A program made the position numbers and the translations under genes. DNA of 64,000 nucleotides, from contig CANRGM010000100.1 in assembly GCA_947630155.1 (NCBI GenBank), positions 6,866-70,865 on the forward strand, given 5' to 3'. Position 1 is the first letter of the stretch, and every line of letters begins with the position of its first letter. The notes under the pieces were generated by a model, which ran no database searches, was not told where the DNA came from, and saw only the letters and a list, made by a program, of their open reading frames with translations. This DNA comes from an uncultured Clostridia bacterium (GTDB lineage: Bacteria; Bacillota; Clostridia; TANB77; CAG-508). Positions 21,756 through 29,868 of the stretch are shown in pieces.

Positions 21756-22218
21756 AATGGAGGTGAGAAAAATAGAAAATACTAAAGTAAAAAATTTCTT
21801 TGATAAGAAATCAAAAGGAGCACAAGATATAATAGTAAAAATAATTGAGGATAGTTTATTGTGTTTATATAATCAAGAAAAGATTAAAGATGAAACACTA
21901 AACAGAGTTATATCTTTTTACTTTTTATTGATTGAACATCAATATGACAAGATGATAGAATTTGATGATTTTACTGTTGATGAGAAAAAGATAATATTTC
22001 AAATTTTAATTGAAGGTATTGCATCAGTTTATGTTGATAATGAATACTTAGAATATTCTGACAGAGGAACTAAATATAAGCAAGTAATAATAGAAGAACT
22101 ATTATCATTTTTTAGATATATCACAAAATTTAGTAAAGAGAAAGTATTTAAAATTTACTATGATGAAGTTCAGAAATATAGAAGATTAAGTTTTAGTTGG
22201 GATGATATTCCTTATTAA
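21742..22218 (+). CDS. Hypothetical protein (158 aa); start uncertain because the first ATG lies inside a hairpin
   Basis: ORF track only. Confidence 0.4.
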   Translation: MHLFLMEVRKIENTKVKNFFDKKSKGAQDIIVKIIEDSLLCLYNQEKIKDETLNRVISFYFLLIEHQYDKMIEFDDFTVDEKKIIFQILIEGIASVYVDNEYLEYSDRGTKYKQVIIEELLSFFRYITKFSKEKVFKIYYDEVQKYRRLSFSWDDIPY

Positions 22219-22263
22219 AATAAATAGCACAGAATTGATTTTGTAAGCAAAGGAGGGATTTCA

Positions 22264-22365
22264 ATGTTTTTAGTAGGGTTTATTTTAGGTGCAATGACTG
22301 GAGGATGTCTTGCTATTGTTTTACACTGCATAGTTATAGTAGGAAAGGAGAGTGAAAAAGAATAG
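22264..22365 (+). CDS. Small hydrophobic peptide (33 aa, MFLVGFILGAMTGGCLAIVLHCIVIVGKESEKE)
   Basis: AAGGAGGG RBS 7 nt upstream of the ATG; single TM helix; below the ORF-track cutoff. Confidence 0.35.
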   Translation: MFLVGFILGAMTGGCLAIVLHCIVIVGKESEKE

Positions 22366-22457
22366 GAGGAAGAGAAGATTTTGAAGAAAGAAGAGAGGCT
22401 AGAAAAGAAAGATATGAGGAGCTTTCTAAAAAGGCAGAGGAGAGGTCAGAACAATAT

Positions 22458-23087
22458 ATGAATTCTAAAGCTAATAGAATTCTAGAAATGACACCTGGAC
22501 AGCCTATAATAGTTGGTCATCATTCAGAAAAAATGGCAAGAAGATTACACGAAAAGGCTTGGAATGATATTGGAAAATCTATCGAAGAAGATAAGAAAAG
22601 TAAGTATTATAAGGATAAGGCAGAAACGCTTGAAAGTAGTAATGTTATTTATGGTGATGATCCCAATGCAATTAGTAAATTAAAAGAAAAATTAGAGTAT
22701 TTGGAAAAGCAAAGAGAACTTATAAAAGCTGATGAAAATCATAAATCTTGGCAACTACAAAATATTGGAGCTCGAATAAGAGAAACTAAAAAAAGAATTG
22801 AAAGAATGGAAGAATTAGAAAATATTAATTTTGAGGATAAAGAGTTTGTAGGAGGAAAAATAATTCATAACAAAAAAATAAATAGGATTCAAATAATATT
22901 TAATGATATTCCATCAGAAGATATTCGTAGTAATTTAAAACATAATGGATTTCATTGGTCTAGGTCTGAAGGAGCTTGGCAAAGAGAATTTAATCAAAAT
23001 ACTATAAGAGCTACTAATAGATTATTACAAGATGTATTAAATAAAGAAAATGTGCAGGAAATAGAAGACGAAGAAGAATTTGAGTAA
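22458..23087 (+). CDS. DUF3560-like protein (GHHSE motif), ending in the acidic tail EIEDEEEFE
   Basis: PIIVGHHSEKMARR motif. The frame is open about 110 nt upstream (ERYEELSKKAEERSEQY, typical of DUF3560 N-termini) with no canonical start there, so the start is uncertain. Confidence 0.55.
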   Translation: MNSKANRILEMTPGQPIIVGHHSEKMARRLHEKAWNDIGKSIEEDKKSKYYKDKAETLESSNVIYGDDPNAISKLKEKLEYLEKQRELIKADENHKSWQLQNIGARIRETKKRIERMEELENINFEDKEFVGGKIIHNKKINRIQIIFNDIPSEDIRSNLKHNGFHWSRSEGAWQREFNQNTIRATNRLLQDVLNKENVQEIEDEEEFE

Positions 23088-23179
23088 TTATTGAGAGGTA
23101 AAACTACCCTAATAAAATATGAAAATGGCACAAAATCGATTCTCGTGCGAGTGAAACAAGGAGGTGAGCAGGAATACAG

Positions 23180-23863
23180 ATGAAATTCAAATTAAATGTT
23201 GTAAATAAAAAAGAATATGAAGAAAAAGATAATTATAAGGAAATTATAATTGTACTTCCAAAAGATAGTGAGGAATTAGAAAAGGATTTTGAGTATTTAG
23301 GATTAGATTATAAATCTTTATCTGTGCAAGATACACATGTTAAAAAAGTTGAAATTCTAAATTTCAGTAATAAAAGATTATCAAGTGCTTTGAATGAATT
23401 ACTAGAGGATGTGAAAGAAGAGTCTGGTCGCAATGGATATACAATGCCATTTAATAATGTTAAACAGTTATATGATACAATAAAAGATTTTAATGAATCA
23501 CAGATGATAAAGTTGTTAGCTGTATTAGAGGCTGAAAAAGAAAGTATTGAAATTATAAACGATTTAGTTGATTTTTCAAATAGACTGGATGAATATGTTT
23601 TAGATGATGAAATTTTTGATGCAGAAGCATATGCTAGAAGTCTTTTTGATAATGGTGACTTAGTTGTTGAAGATATTACTGATTACATAAATATTGATGA
23701 TATTATAGATTGCATTGATTTAGATGCAATTGGAAGAGACTATGCATTACAATATGGCAAAAGTATAACTCCATATGGTTTGGTGGAATGTGTAGGTGAG
23801 CCATATCATAAAGTAAATGAATCAGTTCAATTAGAAAATGAGGAGGAGAATGAGTTTGAATAA
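23180..23863 (+). CDS. Acidic hypothetical protein (227 aa) ending ENEEENEFE
   Basis: ORF with strongly acidic composition; RBS GGAGGTGAG upstream. Confidence 0.5.
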   Translation: MKFKLNVVNKKEYEEKDNYKEIIIVLPKDSEELEKDFEYLGLDYKSLSVQDTHVKKVEILNFSNKRLSSALNELLEDVKEESGRNGYTMPFNNVKQLYDTIKDFNESQMIKLLAVLEAEKESIEIINDLVDFSNRLDEYVLDDEIFDAEAYARSLFDNGDLVVEDITDYINIDDIIDCIDLDAIGRDYALQYGKSITPYGLVECVGEPYHKVNESVQLENEEENEFE

Positions 23864-24950
23864 ATTAGAATTATTAAACGAAGTTCGTAATCAAGAGATA
23901 CATAAATTATATTATTATTCTGAAGATAGCTCGTTAAATAAAGCTAAAGTCGGATGCTTTGATCAATGGGAACAGTCAAAAGAAAATTTAAAAGTTATTG
24001 ATGAAATAATAAAGGATATTAAGAAAATAGAAATGGGGGAATTTAAAGAAGTGATGCTAGATGTAAAAAAACACGAAGGAGAGATTGAGTTACTTCTGCC
24101 TAGAACTATAAAAGATCTCAAACATATTTTAAAAGGCATTGATATAGAACTTGATGATTTATTATACGGAACTTCAGTTGTGGAAAATATTGAAACTGGA
24201 GTTCCGTATTTAGATAAATTAATTGATGAGTATAGAGAAGTTAACTTAAATGAATTAAATTATTTAAGTTATGTGATATGTCATTTTGATAATGAACAAA
24301 AAGAAAAATTTAGTGCAATATTACAATTTGAAGATGATAACAATAATATTAAATCATTAAAAGATGTAATACAAGTTGCTTTTAGTTTAGATGAATATAG
24401 ATTCCAAGAAGGAGTAAAGGATTTGGACGACTATGTAAAAGCTATAATTATTGGTCACGAAGAAGAATATTCAAAATTAAAAATAACTGATATAGATCAT
24501 ATCTTAAAAACAATGAATGATTTTGCAAAAGGAAAGTATCTAGAATATGATGATAAAAATTATTTTGTTGGTTATAACACTCTTGACAAGATAACTAGAA
24601 GACAAAAAATAAAAACATATAGATTAAGAGATTGGGAAGGAAATCAGTACGAATTTATGACTGATATTGTTTCAGCAATTGGAGTAACTGTTGTAACAAA
24701 TGGAACTCTATATAGAGATTCAGAATTACTTATTTCAACTAACTTGCCTTATGAAGATTATATTGAGCAGTTAGAAAAATTAACTGAGAGAAAATCGATG
24801 GAAATATTTTCAGAAATGTCAAAAAATTTTGGGATATTTCCTGTGTATCTAGGTGATGAAAGATTAAGAGATTTTTCTATATTGCTTGAAAAAAATAATA
24901 TAAATGAAAATGAAGTAGAGTCAGAAGATGAGTTTGATGGGGGTGAATAA
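23850..24950 (+). CDS. Hypothetical protein (about 366 aa) ending ESEDEFDGGE
   Basis: ORF 23838..24950; the internal Met at 23850 follows an AGGAGGAG RBS. Confidence 0.5.
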   Translation: MSLNKLELLNEVRNQEIHKLYYYSEDSSLNKAKVGCFDQWEQSKENLKVIDEIIKDIKKIEMGEFKEVMLDVKKHEGEIELLLPRTIKDLKHILKGIDIELDDLLYGTSVVENIETGVPYLDKLIDEYREVNLNELNYLSYVICHFDNEQKEKFSAILQFEDDNNNIKSLKDVIQVAFSLDEYRFQEGVKDLDDYVKAIIIGHEEEYSKLKITDIDHILKTMNDFAKGKYLEYDDKNYFVGYNTLDKITRRQKIKTYRLRDWEGNQYEFMTDIVSAIGVTVVTNGTLYRDSELLISTNLPYEDYIEQLEKLTERKSMEIFSEMSKNFGIFPVYLGDERLRDFSILLEKNNINENEVESEDEFDGGE

Positions 24951-24955
24951 TTATT

Positions 24956-25411
24956 ATGGAAGATAAAAAAGTTGCAGTAAAATCAGGATATTATATGGAT
25001 TTCTTTTCAAAAAGTGAAATACCTAAAACATTAAAAAAGTCTGATAAACAAATTTTATTTAACAATAAGGTTTATGATTTATATGAAGGAACAAGCCTAG
25101 AAGATGAAAGAGCAATTGATGAAATGTTTGGAGATAATATGGGTTACTTAACTGAAGCTCACATCTACACAGGAGAAATTAAAGAAAAAATTAAACCTAA
25201 ATGTAAGCTGATTGGAGAGAATGGAAACATTTATAATCTTATGGGTATTGCATCTAAAACTTTAAGAAGGAATGGAATGGAGCTTGAAGCAGAAGAAATG
25301 GTTATGAGAATAGAAAATTCAAAAAATTATTATGAAGCACTAAATGTAATTCAAGATTATGTTGAAGTAACTGGAGAAGAAGAATTGGAAGAGGAGGAAG
25401 AATTCGAGTAA
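24956..25411 (+). CDS. Hypothetical protein (151 aa) ending EELEEEEEFE
   Basis: ORF with tight spacing to the upstream gene. Confidence 0.5.
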   Translation: MEDKKVAVKSGYYMDFFSKSEIPKTLKKSDKQILFNNKVYDLYEGTSLEDERAIDEMFGDNMGYLTEAHIYTGEIKEKIKPKCKLIGENGNIYNLMGIASKTLRRNGMELEAEEMVMRIENSKNYYEALNVIQDYVEVTGEEELEEEEEFE

Positions 25412-25489
25412 ATCGGCACTGTTTTCTGTATAACTGAATGTTATACAAGAAAAAAATTGTAAATATGCTAAAAGCCACGCTTTTAGGCT

Positions 25490-25550
25490 GTTATGGGGAG
25501 TTTGTATAACTCCCTCTTCCTGCAAAATTGCCTGAAGGCAATTTTGAGTG
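25490..25550. promoter_or_regulatory. Candidate origin of transfer (oriT): two adjacent inverted repeats
   Basis: GGGAGTT-TGTATA-AACTCCC (25493-25513) and a perfect 10-bp repeat CAAAATTGCC-TGAA-GGCAATTTTG (25523-25546), immediately upstream of the RHH/relaxase gene pair. Confidence 0.5.
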
Positions 25551-25572
25551 TCCGATTGTAGAGAAAGTAGGA

Positions 25573-26040
25573 ATGTTTATGAGTAAAAAAGTAAGTTCAA
25601 AAAATGAGATGTTTCTTTTAAGATTAAGCAAGGAACAGAAGGAAAAAATCTTCAATATTGTGGAAAAAAGTTCATATAATAGTGCATCAGAATTAATTAG
25701 AGCAGGTATAGAAAAAGAAATAAATTTGCAAATGTATAAGGATAATATGGATGTTATTATAAAAGAATTAAGCAAATTAATTGATGTAAAATTAGATAAT
25801 TTCATAAAATCTGAACGAAAATTAATCGCAAATAATGTTCGAGTTAATGCATTAAATACATATATTATGGGTGAAGTTATTAAAAGATTAATGGGTGATG
25901 AACTCTATCAAGAATTTTTGAAAATAATTGAAAGTGGTAGAGTTAAAGCAAATTATTTTGTTAGCAGAAATGCAGAAGACATTTCAAAAGAGGAGTTACT
26001 TGAGTTCTATGGAATAGGAAAGGTTTATAGAAATGAGTAG
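25573..26040 (+). CDS. Ribbon-helix-helix relaxosome accessory protein (MobC-like)
   Basis: LRLSKEQKEKI...SASELIRAGI resembles the RHH motif of MobC/CopG-like mobilisation proteins; overlaps the relaxase start. Confidence 0.55.
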   Translation: MFMSKKVSSKNEMFLLRLSKEQKEKIFNIVEKSSYNSASELIRAGIEKEINLQMYKDNMDVIIKELSKLIDVKLDNFIKSERKLIANNVRVNALNTYIMGEVIKRLMGDELYQEFLKIIESGRVKANYFVSRNAEDISKEELLEFYGIGKVYRNE

Positions 26041-27268
26041 TGTTTTTTTTGAATTGGAAACTCTGAATCCAAACTATAGAACAACATATTTTAAATTAAA
26101 AGATTATGCAGAATATTTGGCTAAAAGTGAGTATGCAATTAGAAATGAAAATACTACACATGGACTATTTGGAAGAGTGGAACAGTTTCCTAATATTCAA
26201 GATGAAGAAGATTTAGATGGAATAAAAAATTTCATAACTAATCTTGCTAAAGATAAAAAGCCTATTATGAGAGGTGTTATTTCATTAAAAGAAATTGATG
26301 CAACTAGATTAGGTTACTACGATCAAGAAAAGTGGAAAAATTTATTTGAAAATAGGTTGCCAAAGATTGCAGAGATGTTAAATGTAAAATATGAAAATCT
26401 GCAATATGTTGGAGCAGTCCATATTGAAGATGGACATCCACATTTTCAATTTATGTTGTGGTATAAAAATGAATATAAACGAGATTATTTTGTGCATTAT
26501 AGCATTAAAAATAAGTTGAGATTGCAGTTTACAAATGATATATTTCGAGAGAATTTACTTCCAATATATCAAGAAAAAGATTTTTCTAAAAAGAGGATTA
26601 CAACAGAAAATTACTTGTTAAATCAATTGAAAAATGTGAGTAACAATAAGAAGTTTCTAGAAGACATATTAAAATATGAGAGAAATTTTGAACAAACAAA
26701 ATTTATAAAACATCTATTAAAAGATAGGGAAGTTAAGCAGATTGTTGATTTATTAATTGATTTAAAACGAGAATTAAGAAGTGTAAGTGGAAGTATAAAA
26801 TATCAGTATTTAACGAGTCATCCTGAAGTAATTAAGAAGGTTGATGATATTTCAAGATTAATAATTGCATCATCTCCACAATGTCAAATCGAAATTGAAA
26901 AATATATTCAAGCCAAGCAGAAATTGCTAGAGTTTCAATATTCAGATGTAGCAAAGTTAGAAGAGGCAAAAGAAAAAGCAAGGCAAGATGCCGAAAAAGA
27001 AATTATAAAAATGATTGGAAATCAAATTTTAGACATTGAAAGAAAATGGCTTAATGGTAGAGAAGAATATACATATACTAAATATAAAAGTGAAACAAGA
27101 AACTTATTAGACAGTATTATTACAGCTTTGTATTATCAAGCTGAAAATAGGAAAAAATATAATAAGAATTTTGAATTGAAATTCAAAAAGCAATTATCAA
27201 AACAAGCTAAAAAAGAATTAGCAATTAAGAAACGAAATGCATCAGAATATGAGTGGGAAGAATTGTAA
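26033..27268 (+). CDS. Conjugative relaxase/mobilisation nuclease (MOBP/MobA-VirD2-like)
   Basis: Three-His motif HIEDGHPHFQF (HxDxxHxH) and N-terminal Tyr-containing region; its position directly after the RHH gene and candidate oriT is consistent. Confidence 0.65.
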   Translation: MSSVFFELETLNPNYRTTYFKLKDYAEYLAKSEYAIRNENTTHGLFGRVEQFPNIQDEEDLDGIKNFITNLAKDKKPIMRGVISLKEIDATRLGYYDQEKWKNLFENRLPKIAEMLNVKYENLQYVGAVHIEDGHPHFQFMLWYKNEYKRDYFVHYSIKNKLRLQFTNDIFRENLLPIYQEKDFSKKRITTENYLLNQLKNVSNNKKFLEDILKYERNFEQTKFIKHLLKDREVKQIVDLLIDLKRELRSVSGSIKYQYLTSHPEVIKKVDDISRLIIASSPQCQIEIEKYIQAKQKLLEFQYSDVAKLEEAKEKARQDAEKEIIKMIGNQILDIERKWLNGREEYTYTKYKSETRNLLDSIITALYYQAENRKKYNKNFELKFKKQLSKQAKKELAIKKRNASEYEWEEL

Positions 27269-27358
27269 AAAATAAATTGTTTTCAAAATTTTTAACACAA
27301 ACATCAAAATGTATGTTATAATAGTTATGGAAGTATTTTACAAAGGAGAATGAAGTGT

Positions 27359-27502
27359 ATGAATGCACCATCGGATTTAATTATAAAGGATATGGACAAT
27401 TTCATAAAAAAATTAGATGAAGGAATAGAAGATGAAGAAAATGGAAATGTATATACTTTAGAAGAAGCATATTTAGAAATTAAAAAAATATTGGAAAAAT
27501 AA
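27359..27502 (+). CDS. Small acidic protein (47 aa)
   Basis: AAAGGAGAA RBS 7 nt upstream of the ATG; below the ORF-track cutoff. Confidence 0.3.
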   Translation: MNAPSDLIIKDMDNFIKKLDEGIEDEENGNVYTLEEAYLEIKKILEK

Positions 27503-27546
27503 ACGGAAATAATAAATGTATAATATATGTAAAAGGAGGCGAGTAT

Positions 27547-27882
27547 ATGCCAAATAAGATTGATAGTGTAATAAAGAAGTTTATAGCACAATTGTCTGAA
27601 TTACTAGGAAGCAGATTAAAGAAAGTAATTTTATATGGCTCTTATGCCAGAGGTGATTATGATAAAAATTCTGACATTGATATAATGATTTTAACAGATT
27701 TTAGTGATGATGAAATAATTGAATATAGAAAGAAAATAATAGATTTAGCTTGTGATTTAGAAATGGAAAATGATGTTATGATTTCTCCTTTATTAAAAAA
27801 TATTGACAAATATAATAAAAGAGTAGATGTAATACCGTTTTATTATAATGTTCAAAAGGAAGGAGTTGTTGTACATGGGTGA
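27547..27882 (+). CDS. mntA: Nucleotidyltransferase antitoxin-like protein (MntA-like, Pol-beta superfamily)
   Basis: GSYARGD...SDIDI minimal nucleotidyltransferase signature; 111 aa; overlaps the downstream HEPN gene. Confidence 0.75.
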   Translation: MPNKIDSVIKKFIAQLSELLGSRLKKVILYGSYARGDYDKNSDIDIMILTDFSDDEIIEYRKKIIDLACDLEMENDVMISPLLKNIDKYNKRVDVIPFYYNVQKEGVVVHG

Positions 27883-28294
27883 AGAAATTACAATAAGTAG
27901 TCTAGCCAATTATAGATTAGAAAGGGCAAAACAAGATTTATCTGATGCCGAATATAGCTATCAAGGAAGGAGATATTTAATTGCAAATAATAGAGCATAC
28001 TATGCTGTCTTTCATGCAATAAGAGCAGTTTTAGCTTTGGAAAGAATTGATTTCAAAAGGCATAAAGATGTTCTTGCTTATTTTAATCAACATTATATTA
28101 AAACAGAAATATTTCCAAGAACAATAAGTAGAAAGATTAGTGAAGCAGGTAAAATTAGAGAACATAGTGATTATGATGATGAATTTGTTCCAACAGATGA
28201 AGAAACAAGGAAACAAATAGAAACTGCAAAAGAATTAATTGAACTTGTAGAAAAGTATTTATATGAAAACAATAAAAAGAAAATAGAAAACTAA
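27875..28294 (+). CDS. hepT: HEPN-domain toxin-like protein (HepT-like)
   Basis: Alpha-helical, about 139 aa; start ATG overlaps the mntA stop (ATGGGTGA); AAGGAAGGAG RBS; HEPN-like R..H motifs; classic MNT-HEPN pairing. Confidence 0.6.
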   Translation: MGEEITISSLANYRLERAKQDLSDAEYSYQGRRYLIANNRAYYAVFHAIRAVLALERIDFKRHKDVLAYFNQHYIKTEIFPRTISRKISEAGKIREHSDYDDEFVPTDEETRKQIETAKELIELVEKYLYENNKKKIEN

Positions 28295-28381
28295 AAATTA
28301 TTAGAAGTTTTCGCATATGTGAACTTTTTTGCTAGAAAAAGGCAAAAAAGGAACTTACAATTAATAAACGAAATGTGTGAA

Positions 28382-28488
28382 ACTCTGTCAAAAATGGAAG
28401 GGTTGATAGGGTTTTTGTTAAGATTTATACCTTAAAAATGCTAAACAACCCTGTCAAACCCTGTCAAAAGTGGAAGGGTTGGCAGGGT
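28382..28488. repeat. Iteron-like direct repeats (2 x 29 bp CTGTCAAAARTGGAAGGGTTGRYAGGGTT) plus tandem AACCCTGTCAA/ACCCTGTCAA
   Basis: Read directly in an intergenic region upstream of ORF 28517. Confidence 0.6.
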
Positions 28489-28516
28489 TAAATAAATTAA
28501 AAAAGGTGGAAACATA

Positions 28517-29506
28517 ATGAATAAAAACAAAAGAATTTATATAATTATATTATTAATTATGCTTATTACACTAATTATAATAGCAGGATTAAATATTGAT
28601 AAAATAAACAATAACGAAAACAATCCTATAATAGAAACAGAGGCAAATGAGTATGCAAATTTAAATATAAATAAGGATGAATTAAATATATTTTATCTTA
28701 ATGTTGGTCAAGGTGATTCTACACTTATAACAATTAATGGATATACTATGTTAATAGATAGTGGAAATGATTCAGATGGATATTATATTTCTCAATTTCT
28801 AAAAGCTCAAAACATAAATAAAATTGATTATTTTATAGTAACTCATTTTGATGATGACCATATAGGTGGAGCATATAAAATTTTAGAAAATATTCAAATT
28901 GGGATATTGTATACGCCAAATGGAACTTCTACAACTGATGCATATAAAAAATTTGTAAAATCAGTTGAAGATAATAATATCAATATTAATAACGGATTAA
29001 CTGCTTCAAAAGAAATTACATATACATTGGGAGAAGCTAACTGGAAGGTATTAAACATAAATGCAAAAGATTCAAATGATTCTTCTATTGTAGTTGAATT
29101 GGATTATAAAAATACAAAGTATCTTTTTATGGGAGATGCAACAACTACTGTAGAGAAAAATGTTGAATGGGATGAAGTTGATGTTTTAAAAGTTGGGCAT
29201 CACGGATCTAATTCAAGTACAAGTGAATCATTTTTGAAAGCTACAAAGCCCCAATATGCAATAATTTCTGTTGGTGAAAACAACAGTTATAAACTACCAG
29301 ATGACGATGTAATTGAAAGATTGATAAGTAATCACATAACTGTATTTAGAACGAATGAAAAAGGTACGATTTGGTTGAGAAGTGATGGTACAGAAATTAC
29401 GTTTGACTTTTTAATAGAATATAATATTGATGGAAACGGTAGGAAGCATGCAAATATTTTTGAAAGAAAGTATTGTGTGCTTTCTTTTTATAAGAATACA
29501 ACATGA
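28517..29506 (+). CDS. Membrane-anchored MBL-fold metallo-hydrolase (ComEC C-terminal domain-like)
   Basis: N-terminal TM helix; metallo-beta-lactamase motifs (HFDDDHIGG, GHHGS); 329 aa. Confidence 0.65.
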   Translation: MNKNKRIYIIILLIMLITLIIIAGLNIDKINNNENNPIIETEANEYANLNINKDELNIFYLNVGQGDSTLITINGYTMLIDSGNDSDGYYISQFLKAQNINKIDYFIVTHFDDDHIGGAYKILENIQIGILYTPNGTSTTDAYKKFVKSVEDNNININNGLTASKEITYTLGEANWKVLNINAKDSNDSSIVVELDYKNTKYLFMGDATTTVEKNVEWDEVDVLKVGHHGSNSSTSESFLKATKPQYAIISVGENNSYKLPDDDVIERLISNHITVFRTNEKGTIWLRSDGTEITFDFLIEYNIDGNGRKHANIFERKYCVLSFYKNTT

Positions 29507-29515
29507 TATAAGCCA

Positions 29516-29842
29516 TCATTTTGAAGTTGTAGTCCGAATAAATCCTACATCTTCGCTGTGTAATTCAGACATACATATCATTTCGTGTGGAATAGGGAAT
29601 TCTTCATGATTTAAAAAGCATTGAACATAACCTTTTTCAATTTCGTTGACTTGAAATACTGTATCTTTTGGTAATTTTGATATTCGATATTTAACATCGG
29701 ATTTTACTAGATAATCTCTTAGGTCATGTATAAAATCATCTACCCATGTATTTTTTAAAACACCAGAAATATGTATAGATGAATCGATGTGACATAATTT
29801 ATCATAAAAAGAATTGTTTAAAGAATTAAAAAAATCATTCAA
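29516..29842 (-). CDS. Hypothetical protein (108 aa)
   Basis: Minus-strand ORF between two plus-strand genes; no family recognised. Confidence 0.4.
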   Translation of the reverse strand: MNDFFNSLNNSFYDKLCHIDSSIHISGVLKNTWVDDFIHDLRDYLVKSDVKYRISKLPKDTVFQVNEIEKGYVQCFLNHEEFPIPHEMICMSELHSEDVGFIRTTTSK

Positions 29843-29868
29843 TAATAATACCTCCTTTCAAATGTGAA

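Noticed and set aside
21742-21760. Annotated ATG start of ORF 21742 as the true start
   Set aside because: The ATG is part of the hairpin stem (ATGCATCTTTT) and lacks an RBS. A GGAGGTGAG motif follows it, so the real start is probably downstream or non-canonical. The ORF is kept with an uncertain start.
28382-28488. Possible CRISPR array (29-bp direct repeats)
   Set aside because: Only two repeat copies, separated by about 50 bp that itself contains inverted copies of the repeat core. There is no regular spacer structure and no cas genes, so this is more consistent with iteron or operator repeats.
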